Below are positions 31,105 through 45,869 of a stretch of 64,000 nt of DNA, in pieces. The DNA is taken from NCBI RefSeq assembly GCF_009914755.1, contig NC_060928.1; one strand, 5' to 3'. The notes under the pieces were generated by a model. The model had not been told where the DNA came from. It saw only the letters and a list, made by a program, of their open reading frames with translations, and searched no databases. Each line of letters opens with the position of its first letter. Position 1 is the first letter of the stretch. Both the position numbers and the translations under genes were made by a program. This DNA comes from the human T2T-CHM13v2.0 reference genome, Homo sapiens.

Positions 31105-34100
31105 GTGAGTGCTGCTGTGATGGCTCCATTCCTGGCTCATAAGGAAGCAACATGGAATTGGTAACAAGGGCTTGGTCCCAATTTTTTTTTCCATGTTAGA
31201 AAGGAAAATAGCCAGACAAAGAAAGCATGTTTCCTTTATGCAGAAAACAAGGTAGATGCAATAGCTGGAAAGATTTTTCCAAAAAGAACATACTTAAAAA
31301 AATGAAATAGAATAGTGTATTTCACGGCATTCCCTCCAAATCTATGCTGCATCTTGGTTAGATCTTTGAAGACACAACAAGCATTAGGAAATGTTTTGTG
31401 TGATCTCAGTGCTGAATTCTAACACTACCCAATTCTGCTTCAGTCACATTTTCAAAAACCTGATTCCACACTTCACAGAAGAATAAACCTAAATTGACTC
31501 AATAGTAACCTCCAACACTACAATATTATACCTGATGGCATGAAAACAGAGGTAAAAATAGAAATCATTTGTAGTGCATGTACTTCTTATTTTCATTAGC
31601 CATACTTCTTGCAAACTATTTTAACCTAGAGATATAATTTTTGCTTTTGTTTTTGTTTTCAACCTATTTTAGTTTCTATGATATAAAAACTCTCTAACTT
31701 AGTGGTAAGGTCCCTAAAAATCACTGAGCATGTGATTCAATATGCTTATCTCATTGCATAATCATTGTAATGAATATGTGACTTATCCCATTTCATAGGC
31801 AAACAAATCGAGGACTTTGAAAACTAGGATATTATAATAACTTAGGTCCCACAGCTGATAAGAGAAGCTGTGATTATGGTTTTTCTCCTATCAAATTTTT
31901 TATAATAAAGAATTTCTCTCTTAAGAATGATGAATTTGGAGTAGTAACTTATTTACTATAATTTGTTTGGCTAATGAAACCATAGATTATTGTTTATTAC
32001 TTTCCCCGGCTGTACCAATTCATTTCTTGAATATAAAGGTACATAATAAATATTTGGTGAATTAAATAGAATTGCATTTTCATGTTTTAAATGAGGTATA
32101 TTTTAGATACTCAACCTTTACTTTTATATAAGGCATTTAAATAAGAAAAGTAAAAGAATTTCCACATTTTCCATGCTTTAGATTAAAAAACTTTTTATTT
32201 GTAGAATAATGTCATTATATAAATGTAATAAGCATTGCATAAACAGTAAAATAAGCAATTATAATTTGCTAATCTAAGCTACCATTTTATATAAATTCTA
32301 AATTTGCTGACTCCCAATGTAAAGTAAATGCTTATAATTTGCTATTTTAATGCCTCTATGAATCATAAATTTGCAGACTTCCAAAATTCAACTAAGAAAC
32401 ACTGCAAAGTAAGCAATGTTTTTTCAGTGTTCTAGTTGGGAGACATATGTTTCTATTTCATGGCTCTTTATTGTAAGATTCAACTTGTTTAGCTATATTG
32501 CTTGAACCACTATTAATGTCAAAGAACAAACCACATTGATGACTTTATCACAATACATAAAACAAAACAGTGTTGTGTAAGTGGAAAAGCTGATGATTTT
32601 TTTAAAAGTAATGAAATAAAATGAAACAATAGTCATCTATTTATATTTTATTAAATAAATTTGCTTTTTAAGCCCACAAAGCCCAGAAAAGATATTTATT
32701 ATATCACTTCCTATGTTCTATAGCTTGATTTCATAATCTCAACCAGTCCATTTAATAAGTTTTCTCTCCACTTCCTCTTTTAGTATATTTCTTTCATTTA
32801 CATAATCTAAGTTGACATATATCCCAAAGTACAGGATTGGTTTTCAAGCAATTGAAAGGCTTTCTGTGTAGTGGATCTATTATTTGAATTACAGCAAAAT
32901 TCATATTTAACAATTCTATTTATAAGTCTTCATCTCAATCTCAGATATACTTTAATTTATAATTTATTTAAAATCCCTAGATAAACCAAAAATATTAGTT
33001 TTATGAGGCTTTGCAAGCAAAATGAATTGCAAAGATTTAGCCCAACTTAAATTTGCTTTTACCTAAAATGAGATTTTCAGCACTTTAAAAAACATGCACT
33101 TAAGGGAAATGTCTTATTTTCTTCACTATATAAAGTGCCATAATGAAACTAAAGATAAAAATTAAGGTTCTGAATACTCAGATAGAAGAAAATTATTTTC
33201 TCCAACACAATAACACAAAGTAGTAATAATACCAAGTCATATTATGTTCTCAACAATAGCACATTCCCTTATTGGCATTTCATTTGCCAAATACTCACTG
33301 ACATTAAGGCACAGACTGGAGAAATAATATGTAATTTAAGAGTTTTTGTGCATTATAAATAAAGCATGGTTATCGCAAATAAAACCCTTAAGTACTTAAA
33401 GAGAAGTCTCAAGGGCAAATATTGATAATCATTGTAATGGTTTTTCACAATATGTGTGCAACAATTGTGTAGCGGAATTTTACTATCTTGGTGCATAAAA
33501 ATAATTTATATTATGACTATGTATTCTGTACTACCTTTCTGTATAGGCATGAGATAAGATAGAATACTTATTGGAGAAAGTACAATTTGAATTATGAAAA
33601 AATAAATCTTGGCAAACTTCCTGTTTCTTTCAGTTATAGAAATTTTTGTACAGAAATGGGGGGGTTATAAGAATTTATTACTTTGGTTAATAACATAACT
33701 ATAAAAAAGAAAAGGCTATTAAAAAAATGGTATACATTCTGGAAATCAAATCTTCCCAAATAATGTTTTGTTGGCTGATTTTAAATCTTGGAATTTATAA
33801 TATTATTGAGAGATAAACATCATTAGCTCTGAGAAAAAACAAATTACTTTTTCCCTCTAAGTAGGCTTTGTTTTTCAAATGTTGGTTCACTTCAATATAC
33901 CTGAGTACATTTTTATTTCCTGTATCAAAGACCACTACACAAACTCTATAAATACTGGCTAAAAATATACATTGCCATGGAGATGTATCATGAATCTTTT
34001 CAAATGATTATCATTAGAAAAAAACTGTGTCTTATAATTTGAGGAAAACTTTTGTTTCAAAAATATAAAACCATTTATTTAATGATATATAAATTGCTAA

Positions 34101-36146
34101 CAGCATCTAAGATCCTTCATTAATATAATAAATTTCAAGTTTCATCACGAAAAGTTCAATATGCTTCACTACTGTACACACCAGTTATTATGAGTGATAT
34201 TTATTGAACATTATTAACTGTGTATTATCTCACTGAACTCTTTGTTCTACCCATCTTCCATATTAAGGACTCAAATGTTCAGATTGGTAGGACCACATAT
34301 CCAAAATTGGTAGAGTTAATATTTAAGCCTAGAAAAATTCATACTCTGTGTTTTTAATCAATAAACCATACTCTACTTCATTTTAAGAAATTAATGGACA
34401 TTAAATGAAAATGGTACTTAGGGGTGTCAGTTATTCCGAAGAACTCACACATAATCTCTGTAAATGATTTTTCATTATGAATGTGGACAGAATTAATTTT
34501 ATATAATTTTGAGAAGATAGATGGTGTCTTGAGAGGAAGAAAACACCTGTCAAGTGAATGACAGGAAATATTATAACAATAATTTCAAAAAGACAGACAA
34601 TAAAATCAAATAAAAACTAACCTTAAAAACACCTTTAGTAAGTTTCATTTTAATTTGGCACCTAGTACAATGCCTGGAGCACAGTATGTGTTTAATAAGT
34701 ATGTATTTAATGCATGCAGGAATAAATGAATATGTTTTAGTAATCCTAGGGAACAGACCAGTGCCTTGGGGGAGTTGCCACATGACTTTGCCTCAGAGAT
34801 GAAGCACAGTCAATTCAACCTACTGAATTTTGATGTTTTGGTCAATTTACTGAAAATTTTCTTTTTTCTAAATAATTAAGAATGCTGAAAAGGAGACAAT
34901 AACTATTCAAGCAACATATTTTATGATTGCAGGAATCATTTCTTCAAGAGGGATGAAGAAATGATTCCTTTAATCATACAAATGTATTGTCTAGAACCAT
35001 CCCTTATAGTGTGTACAGTATTCTTCATAAATATTTCAAAGTGATATTGAATAAATCAATGTCCATAGTGAAATTGTTAATTAGAAAATTTTTTAGTCTT
35101 TTCAACAAGCAGTTATAATTTTTATGAGCAAAAACATGAAGACATAGAAACACAGATAGACAAAGTACAATATATAAAACAGAAAATAGATAGTCAGGTA
35201 AATAGATTAGAGTAGACTCTCAGAGTAGCCATCGGTTAGGTTTTATCCGAGGATTAAAGTCAAATAAACACATGGAATCAATTAAAATTATATAAGATGA
35301 ATGTACTCTGTTCACAAACAAATTAATCCTTTGCCAATTCCATCTTCATCCCAGGTTCCCAGCTAAATACACACTAGCCTAGACTAATTTGTCTATACTA
35401 CAAATCAAAGAGATAATAGACAAAACAGCCCTCTTGGTCTCATCAAGGAACTCAACAAATCCTCATTGTATTCCTTAATTGATAGCTTTTTTCTGTGTTT
35501 TTTTTTTTTTCTGTGCCTCATAGCATTTTTCTGTGCATTTCCAAGCTAAAATACATAAAACCCAGCTGGAATCTGTCATGCTTTGTCCGCATCACTTCAA
35601 TAATTTCAGAGTTGCTGCTACACTTGAATGAATGGATGACTGACATTGAAATAGAGCAGAAATTTGAGTAGAGACGTTAAATTGAGATATGACATAAAAA
35701 TGGTCTTCATACATATGAATGAGTATTAGACAGATGAAAAGTATTTTCCTCCCTGAGAACCATAAATCAGGAATAAGAAGTAGAGTTAATTTAGACATTT
35801 GAAAACGACAATATAGTGAAATAACGTTAAAAATGTGTTTGTGTGTTTCCCCTCATGGATTTACTCTCTAAGATAGATACTGGAGGTTTTTCAGAATTCA
35901 TTATTTACACACTTATCACAAACACAGAGGTATTACTCTAATTTGAGATAAATTGGCGTTCAAAGGTTCCCATGAGAAGTAAAGTTTGATAATTCTACAG
36001 TTAGGTTGAGAAGCTTACATAAAATTTATTTTATAATTTGATGTTTTCCTTAGTCAAGAGTAGTCTATAAGTGTTTAACATAAAATATTATTCATAATCT
36101 GGGGTGAAGGCTCAGAAAGCATCTGTTTAAAATCTATAAATCCAAT

Positions 36147-36460
36147 GGCCAGGTGTGGCAGCTCACACCTGTAGTCCTAGTGCTTTGGGAGGCCAAGATG
36201 GGCAGATTGCTTGAGCCAAGGAGTCTGAGACCAGCCTGGGCAACATGGCAAAACTCTGTCTCTACAAAAAATACAAACTTTGGGCTGGCATGGTGGTGTG
36301 TGCTTGTAGTCCCAGCTACTAGGGAAACTGAGGTGGGAGAATCACCTGAGCCCCAGGAGGCTGAAGCTGGAGTGAGCCCAGATCGCACCACTGCACTCTG
36401 GCCTGGGAGACAGAGTGAGTCTCTACCTCAGAAAAATTAAAATAAAATAGAACAAAATAA
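36147..36460 (+). mobile_element. Alu (AluJ-like)
   Basis: Diverged dimer with A-rich tail. Confidence 0.9.
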
Positions 36461-37059
36461 GTAACCAAATAAGTGAAAAAATCCAAAAGACAACTTAATA
36501 AGATAATCATAAAACCAGAACAATAGTGTTTTAGGACAAAGAAGCATATTTTATACAATAGGGATTATTTTCTTTAAATTATATGTAAGAAGAGATACAT
36601 GCTAAAATTGAAACCGGTTTGACTTACAAACATATGGATAATTCTTTTTTTAGAGTGAATGTCAAAGACAAAGTTTTAAGCTTCATGAAAACATGTATCT
36701 AACCTAGAATGATCCTTCACATGCTCCTAAGATTTAGCTGAGAGCTTTACATTTCTTACAGTCACTTAAATTGTACTTAACTATAAAATGTATTATCTAA
36801 GGCAATATTATCCTTTACTTGTAAAAGGCAAATAGCATTCATTAAAAAGTATTTTTCTCGAGAAAGAATACACTAAATAACAAAATATGACATTGAATAT
36901 TGTCATGAAAATACGACATTGAATATTGTCATGAAAATAAATGTTTTTAATATTTTTGGTATACATATGAAAGAGTTTTAGAAATCAAATATAAATTGGA
37001 TTTGTCTTCATATCTGTACTCATGGAAGATGAACACATACCAATTAGATATAATTTCTA

Positions 37060-37275
37060 CTAAAAATTGTGCACTTCAAAATTTGTTGAGGTTACTAGAT
37101 CGCATGTTCAGTGTTCTTCCCTCAAAACAGAAACAAAAACAAAGGAACACAAGAAAATTTTTGAAAGTGTTGTATATGTCTATTACCTTGACTGAGGTGA
37201 TGGTATTTAAAATGGCTGCATATGTCCAAACTCATTAAATTATACACACTAAATATGTGCAGCTCTTTGTTTAAA
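37060..37275 (+). mobile_element. Old L1M 3'-end fragment
   Basis: TATTACCTTGACTGAGGTGATGG...CCAAACTCATTAAATTATACAC. Confidence 0.65.
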
Positions 37276-39549
37276 ATAAACAATATTCTAGAGTTGATGC
37301 TATAGAAACTTAAAGGACCTTAAATCTACTAATATTTCATTTACAAATATGGTTACAGTGAATGAGATCCTCAAGATCCTTGGATCCTCAAGATCCAAGA
37401 AAAGCTATTTTGATTCAGGAACAATAATAATTGTGAAAGGGCTCATCCTCAGAGTTATCTAGAAAGATAAGTAAGTAGTTATGACTCTTTAAAGGTTTGA
37501 AGGAATTCACTTGTGAAACCATCTCAGCAAGCTTGCTGTATTTTGAAGGATGTCTCTTTCTCAAGCTTTTTTATTTCTTATATGTAAATCTGTTTAGATT
37601 CTTTCTGCCTCCTTGAGCAAATTTTAGTAAATTATATTTTCTTAGAAAATTTTAATATATATATATTTCTGTAGAAATATAATAAAATAATGTCTTAGAA
37701 TTCATATTGAACTGGAATATTTATTGATAGGACATATTCTAAAAAGGCAACAGATAAATAGGCAAAGCATGTACACACAATTCACCAGGTAGAAACACAA
37801 TAAACTAACAAAATGTGAAGAAAGTACAAAAATCACTAACCAATACGTGTAAATTAAATTGATGAAGTATCACTTTTGCCTTGCAATTGGGGAAAATATA
37901 ATTTAAATAAAAATTTCAATACAGCTGAGACTTTTTGAAACAAGAACTCTCAAGTGATATTGATATAAGCATAAAGGGATTCAAACTATTTGGAAAGAAA
38001 ATATATTAAAGGCTCAAAAATGTTCTTACCCAATTAGTCATTCTACTTCTGTGAATTATTCTAAAATAATTTAAAATAGAGATTCCTAAAAATATTTTTA
38101 TTGTATTTGTGATGATTAAATTTTGAAACAACACTATTCAAACAATAAGTAAAAGGTATATCTATAAGACATTATAGTATATATCCATAGAATTGGTGTT
38201 TGTAGATTTTTGGTTGGAAATATCACCTGTTATCTTCTGAATCTCTTTTTATAGCTTCACAATAAAATATTATAAACATATTAAAAATGCAAAAATTCAT
38301 AACAGAAAAAACACATTATAACAAACAAAGTAGTCAAAATCTGGGTAAAATTTAAGTAATCTCAAGATTAACAGGATAGGATTAAGAGATCTTATTGAGA
38401 TAAGAATCTTATCATCAGTGGCCCACACATTAATAGGCACTCAAGCAGCAAGACAGACACCAAGGTGGCAAAACTAAGAGAAAAACTAATCAGAAAGTTT
38501 GTGAGGCTTAAGAAAAGCTGGTGGAGGAGGAGATAACTGCATTTGAACACCAGGAATAAAACACCAGAACTAAGGGCAGAGAGAGATCCTGAAGAAAAGG
38601 TGAAGGCTGTTGTCTCCAGGAAACACATTTGATTGAAGTGAGTTAAAGAAATCACCCCATTTCAAACAGGGCAACCTTGAGAATTACTGTTGAACGAGAA
38701 GCTAGGAGAATCTCTGGCCTCAATCTGCACTTGTTCTGAAATTTTAGAAGGTAATTTAACTGGTACCCAAATGGACTGTGAAAGAAATAAGGTCACACCA
38801 AATGTCAATCTGGTGGCAAATATCAGCTCTTAATAAAATGGGAAATTTTAACACCTCTCTCTCTGTCATTGACAGATCCTGTGGATTAAAAATTAAAAAA
38901 TAAAATACAGAAAGTGTTGAATGATATCTTCTTGATTTAATAATTATGCATCAGCTTATGTATTCCATAACACATGCACATCATTTTTAATATTGTTAAA
39001 TATTCGAAACATAGTTAAGGTCATTTAAAAACCTTTTTATAGTGAAAAATTACAAACATATGTAAAAATAGGGACAACAGGGGATAATTTTCACCAAGTT
39101 TTATATATATATATATATATATATAAAATGAATTGCACGCAGTTAATATGTACAATGTGTGCACTCAGAAAAGCAAATCACTTGAAAATTAAGAATACAT
39201 AGTTTCCTAACAGGTGAGTTAAAGAAAAATGCAAATATTAAGTAAGAACCACTTGCAATCATTGTCAGCAAATATTGGCTTGAAATACTATATCTCAAAT
39301 ACAGGCTACAAACTGGAGATTCAAAAATAAATAAAAGATCACCTATCTACAAGTAGTTTATAGTCAAATTGGAAATTATGCTCAAAAGGCAATTGTAATA
39401 CTGTGTTAGAAATGTTGTATTGTGACTAAATACTGGATATGTGACAAAAAACAGCATTTAATTAATTTTTGAAATTTCAGAGAAATTTGACTAAAGGAAA
39501 TATCTAAGAAGAGTAATAATGTGCTAGTGAAATGGGAAGTATATGTATA

Positions 39550-39553
<4 letters not shown>

Positions 39554-39585
<32 letters not shown>

Positions 39586-39603
39586 TGTATGTGTGTCTGT
39601 GTG
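39554..39603. repeat. (TG)n microsatellite
   Basis: Direct. Confidence 0.95.
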
Positions 39604-39619
39604 TTTGTTTATATGGAGG

Positions 39620-41700
39620 ATCCCAATAATTAGGTTAAAAAAAATGACCCAAAATGTGCATGTCTGGCATCTTTTTTCCACACTTACTCCAAGATACAAT
39701 GGGTACAAAGTCATCATGTTGGTGAGGGATATATGCAAACAATCAACAAGGTCTCTTCTCACCGAGGCTTACTTGGCTACTGCTGTTGCTGGATCTCTAA
39801 CCTGCCTACAAGGACAAGTAATGAGGCTCAATGATTGTACCAGTAGTCAGCTGGGGGAAACAGCCAGCCACTGGGCACCAGGCTGTTTACCTTAAGTCCC
39901 TTCCATCATGATGTGAACAGAGAGTTGTACTCACTGGAATAGACACTTATTCTGGATATGCATCTGTCTTCCCTGACAAAAATGTTTCTGCAAGCCTTAA
40001 CATCTGTGGACTCAGGTAAGGCCATATTCACTATCATGTATCCCACACAACACTGGTTTCAACCAAAGAACAACATGTACCCCATCATTCAGTGGCAGCT
40101 AGCCTGACAGAAGGTGGGGGAGCTGACTGAGGGCTCAGTTAAGGCATTCTGTGAAGTTGGAGTGAAGTTCAACGGGATGTGATATATATAAACAGGTTTA
40201 TAAGCTGTCTATTCTATATCCAGAATACTTGGGTCAAGAATACAAGGGTGTAGTGGAAGTTGTTCCTCTCTCTATTAGGACCAATAACCAACTTACAGAA
40301 TTTTACTTACATTTACCAAAACTTTCGTCTGCAGTGCTTCAGAGTTCTTCATTTCCAAGGGTGTAATGTTTTCTCCAAGAGATAAAAATACTGTTTTAAT
40401 TTAATTGGATATTGAAACTGCCACCAGTCCACTATTGAGTTCTCATCTTATTGAACCAATTGATAAAGAAGAAAGTTACGTTGACTGATCTCAATTATCA
40501 GAAGGAAATTGATTTCTTGATCTACACTGGAGCAGAAAAGATTATGTCTAGAACACAGGGGATTTTCTAAAGCTTCTCTTATTCCACATCCAACGGTAAG
40601 AGTTAAGGAAAACTTAGATCAATCCTATGAATAGAAGACCACAGAATTTAAAACCCTCTGTAAATGGGCTTTACACTCCACAAGTAAAGAACCTTGGTAA
40701 TTTGAAGGTCGGGTTAATAACTGGGTAAGATGGAATGCATGCTAGAACAATGAAGTTATATTCAAACAGAAGTGAGGCCATTAGCAGTAGATTTATATAA
40801 TTTCTTCCTTATTTATCTGCTTATATTAACTTACTTTTTCCTCTTTCTTTCTCCTATTGTTTTACAGTAGAAGTACTGGAGATAGTATACCTTAAAGTGT
40901 GGTTTTTAAATTACAGTAGACCCAATTGGACTATAACTAAAACACAGGAGGAATTACCATCCCTTGAAATTAATTTGGGGACTGATGGAACATTTTTCTT
41001 CCTTTTGGAGAAGACAGTAAGATACTCTTCATTTTTATAAAAATGGATTTTATCATACGAAGTAGAAATGTCAAAGGCAACCAATACTATTGTTGTGTAG
41101 AATTTACACATGGACAGAAGGTTGCAAATAGACACTGAGAAATGAAAAGTAATAACTAGATCAATCTCTTGTCCCTTTGCTCTCAGCCTCCATTCTCACT
41201 CTTCTGTGCTCTGTTACAAAGAGTCTATGATACCCAAACTATATTTCCCAGATTCTCTTGGTTAAGTTTTCAATTAGGGTTGAATATTAGAACCCAGGAG
41301 AAATGGAATAGTGACTCCCTACATTTCAAGTTTCTGGCAGCGTCTCTCACAGGACAATTCAGTAGAAGTTTTAGCACTGAAGGGGAGGACAGTGGCAGTG
41401 AGCATCCTGGTGGTCCCTTCAGGCTAGAAATAAACTCCTGGGCATCTGTATTCCAGAAACAGAAGCCTTCTCAGCACAGCACCCTTAATGTATGGGTAAA
41501 ATTTGTGCATCTCCAGCCCAGAAGAGAAAAACCAGTAATTAACTCTTGAGTTGCTTTATCTTTTCTTCTCTTTGCCCCTTATATTTCTCTTTTGTTCCTC
41601 CAGCTCTTCTGACACTGTTATAATCAATATAATATTAATATCATATGTTCTGTGTTCGAAATAACTAGTGTTATTTTTATCTGATTAGCACATGTCCAAA
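39620..41700 (+). mobile_element. Decayed ERVL internal (integrase region) plus probable 3' LTR (~41150-41700)
   Basis: CTCACTGGAATAGACACTTATTCTGGATATG encodes LTGIDTYSGY, an ERVL integrase motif. Confidence 0.7.
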
Positions 41701-42829
41701 TTTCACCTCTCTAGGTTTCAGTACAAACAAGAGTGCCCCTAATACTTAAGAGAAATATGTAACATAGAAAGCTTTATTTCAGATCAACATTTGTTTGGGT
41801 CTGTCTTCTGTCTGCTGTGCAGGACATTCCTGTAAGAAGTGGATGGACGTGCCAGCAAAATAAAAAGGGCTGAACTGTATGGTCAGAAAAAGAAGAGGAA
41901 ATAATTTAAACTCTAATCCTCTCTCAGTTACTAAAGGTATGCATACTGATTTTGAAGCCAGCAGCCTGCCATGGGCCCAGGTTAGTGAAGGGAGGATAAT
42001 GCTGTAGAGCAATACAGGTACAGGTCAACTAAACTAAGACTGAAATGACAGGGACAATAGAGAATTACATTATGCCCTCCAGTTCAAGGTGCAGCCAAGT
42101 TGGCCCAAAAAGAGACGCTAATCTCCAGCAAAGTCCGGAGAGAACAGAGTAAGATTTGAGCAGTGGATATCAGTGGCCATGGACCTGCCTCCATTGCCAT
42201 AAGGTTATATAAGCCCTGCTTTCATATCACTCTTACCTAAGAGAGCAAGGGAATAGGAATGAAAGTGCATTTACAAGTATCTCCAAAGACTGAGAGTTAT
42301 CTAATATGATTGTAATATAAAAACCTGACAAATATTACACAAATATAAAGATAGTTTAAGAATATGAAACCAAATATTCAAAGCAAACTTCAGGAAAATT
42401 GAATTCAGAAACATGACTAGGTGTTGTTTGCCACTGGATTGCAAATTTAAAAAACACAATGATTAATCTATTGGATGCTTATCAAAAAATATACCTTCAG
42501 TTCAAAGAAAAGAACAACTGTGATCATCTGACTGCTAAAAGTAATTTAATAGTATTTAAATATTTCTGAGAAACACTCTAATTTAAATAGAAATATAAGA
42601 ACACATCTTTACATTACAAAAGATAACTGTATCATAACAATAAAAATACCATCCAAAAACCCATTAACAGTAAACAAACCAAAAGCAATCCCATTAAAGT
42701 CTCAAGTTGCCCATTATCATCACTAATTGTTAACAATGCTTAACAATGGCCTAAGCATTTTAGTTGATACAACAAAATGCTAACCACAAATAATACCTAC
42801 AGTTGTTAGACGGGAGAAAACAGAAGTAT

Positions 42830-43085
42830 GAGAGGTCTCCTTGAGTATAAATTGAGAGCTCAGACTTCAAGCCCAGAACAGCCTGGATTATACTCCAGGG
42901 CCTATTCCTCATTAGCCACCACTCAATAGCATCAGGAACTTCAGATAGTTACTTAACCTTAGTACCTCAGTTTACTCATTGGTAAAATAAGCATAGTAAT
43001 AGCATATATGACTAGTGTGATTGTGAGGATAAATGAGGTAATATAGGTGAAAACAAATGCCCGAGAAGTGGTAAATGTGTTTGCT
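42830..43085 (+). mobile_element. MIR
   Basis: GTTACTTAACCTT...CCTCAGTTTACTCATTGGTAAAAT core. Confidence 0.8.
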
Positions 43086-43448
43086 ATATTACACACACAC
43101 ACAAACACACACACACACACACACACACCAACCTTAGTCAAGTCATTTTCACTCATTTCTATTGATGATTTTTGTCCATAAAATGAAAGTAAAAATTGCC
43201 TTCTCAGCATTTATTGTGTCAAGAGTATGAAATAAAATGATGTATATTTAAGTGATTTTTGATACTATAACATAATACAATTATAATAAACCATAATCAC
43301 TAATTATAGTTTCATTATGAACTGTATCTGTTACTGTAAAAAAGTAACCAAACTTTCATCCCTATCTCTGAAATTATTCTAAAAGTAAAAAGAAAAACCA
43401 AAACTCAACCAAAAAACTTAAACTTTTTAAATTTAAAATTTGTGCCTC

Positions 43449-44270
43449 AAGGACATGAACAGACACTTGTCAAAAGAAGACATACAAGCAGCCAACAAAC
43501 ACAAAAATAATCAGTATCACTAATCATCAGAGAAATGCAAATCAAACCACAATGACATACCATCTCACACAGTCAGAATAGCTACGATTAAGAAGTCAAA
43601 AAATAACATATACGGACGAGACTGAGGAGAAAGGGGAACGCTCATGCAGTGCTGCTGGGAAAGTGGCTTTGTTAAGCCACTGTGGAAAGCAGTATGAAGA
43701 TTTCTTAAAGAACTAAAAAAAGAACTACCATTTGACCCAGCAATCCCATTACTGGGTACATACCCAAAGGGAAATAAATCATTCTACCTAAAAGACACAT
43801 GCACTCATATGTTCACTGCAGCACTATTCACAATAGCGAAGACATGGAATCATCAATTGGTGCCCATCGATGGTGGACTGACTAAAGAATATGTGGTACA
43901 TATATATTATGGAATACTATGCAGCCATAAAAAGAACAAAATCATATCCTTTGCAGCAATATGGATGCAGCTGGAGGTCATTATCCTAAGCAAACTAACA
44001 CAGAAACAGAAAACCAAATATTGCACATTCCCACTTATAAATGGAAGCTAAATCTTGGGTTCCTGTGGACATAAAATTGGGAACAATAGACACTGGAGTC
44101 TTCAAAAGGAGGAAGAAAGGAAGGAGGGAAAGGGCTGAAAAACTTCCTATTTGGTACTATGTTCATTATCTGGGTGATGGAATAAATATAAGCCCAAACC
44201 TCAGCACTATGAAATACACCCTTGTAACAGACCTGCACATGTATTTCCTGTATCTAAAATTAAAAAAAAA
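43449..44270 (+). mobile_element. L1 3' fragment (L1PA15/16-like)
   Basis: ORF2 end and 3'UTR; TSD atttaaaa..tgtgcctc. Confidence 0.88.
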
Positions 44271-44951
44271 ATTTAAAAAGTGTGCCTCCAGAGTCCTTCT
44301 CTTTGTAAGGAATATGTAAGAGCAAATAAGGTGAACACAAAGTAAAAAGAATCAAAGTTAGAGAAAACACAAAAACAGAATGTAATAGAAATTTGTTATT
44401 CTATACTAACATTATACAAGATTAATTCACCTTGTACCCATATGACAATATCCATTTAATAAAACTGTGCATTATTCTGAATCTCACTGCATGCAAAAAA
44501 GATCATTTTTTAGCCATAAGTATCATATAAATTGAAAGAAATTTATTTGAAAACATTTAGTGACTGATGCTCAGAAGCTTAAGTGGTACTATTTTACTAT
44601 GCCTAAACTATGAAGAAATCACTGAAGCCTTTACAGCAAGGAGGAAAACCCCGGGGAGTCTACTAACAATTTAGCACTGCCAATTCTTTTGTTAATGTTC
44701 ATTTTACTCTTCATAGAGAAGTACAGAAAAGCTGTTCACTATAATTAAGACTTTAAAAACTGTAGACATGTAAAAAAATAATGTAAGGCTTGTTATACTA
44801 TAGACATTATTTAGTATGTAATGCAAGTCTCACAACACAGCGTCTAGGCCTCATATTTTTTGAACTTACTGCCTAAAATAAGTGTATTTTAAAGATCTTG
44901 GTAAATATATTTCGCCAAGAAAGATTGTGACACCAAAGAAGAGCTTCTATC

Positions 44952-45395
44952 CTAGGATTTACAGATCCTATCTATGGGTTCCATGAATAGACTTCAGATG
45001 ACGTCACTAATCTCTAACTGAAATTGATCATCTCTTGAATCCTTAAATTATGACTAGTCAGTAAACCACAATAGCATTAGCGATATCTTTGAAATTTTCA
45101 TTTAAGAAATTATTTCATACCATATTTTGGTTATTATAGATATCATAAACTATGATTTATACTCATTAGAGTTTCAAAATTACTATTATTATTAAACATA
45201 TGCCTAGATCTTGTTAAGTTTACCTGTTACTATGGCACAAATTTGATTTCTCATGTTTTTGATCACTGTTTCAATATAATTGATTGCTTGGGTAATCCTC
45301 TGTATTTAAGTATATGTATTAAAAATATTAACAAACATTCTGAGAGGGAATGCATAACCTTCACCAGACTTCCAAATGGACTTATGGCACTATGG
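44952..45395. mobile_element. MER-type hAT-Charlie non-autonomous element (family uncertain)
   Basis: Resemblance to remembered Charlie-MITE sequence. Confidence 0.45.
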
Positions 45396-45399
45396 TGAC

Positions 45400-45855
45400 T
45401 CTGTAATGGGTCAACTGGGCTAGGATCAACTACATTTTCCAGAATCTCCTTCCCTGTATTATTTAGGTAGGTTGGGCCACACATATTTTTGTGAGATTTG
45501 AGGGAACAAGTGAAGCAACATCCATATTCCCTTTTATTTGGAAGGCTAGGCAGGGTGAACCAGTGCCTCTGTAGGTCATACTCATCGCAGTTTATCTTCC
45601 GGCTGGCTTCATGGTGGAACACAGAAGCTGGACCTGCTACTATTCCACCATTTCCTGTGACCCCTTCAGCTTCTCCTGGCTAGACAAGTGTTTAGCTCTG
45701 TGATTATGGGCACTAGCTTCTACCATGGGATATCTTTATCATTAAGGTAGAAAGCAGTGATAAGTGAGAGCTGACATGAGTTACAACCCATTTTGGTTCA
45801 TTTCAGCTCATGCTTTCAGCTTACCACTTGCTCTTTCCCGCTTCACACCCATCTA
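45400..45855 (+). mobile_element. ERVL LTR (LTR52-like), apparently 3'-truncated
   Basis: AACTACATTTTCCAGAATCTCCTTCCCTGTAT...GGGCCAC...GAGATTTG; no LTR 3' terminus seen. Confidence 0.5.
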
Positions 45856-45869
45856 AAACAAAATTTCAG

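Noticed and set aside
35337-35350. Minus-strand DEDG as the catalytic DxDGD
   Set aside because: It reads DEDGI, with no supporting context or exon signals.
36882-36939. 26-bp tandem duplication (similar small ones near 22560, 37366, 58710, 60590)
   Set aside because: Ordinary slippage products with no sign of function.
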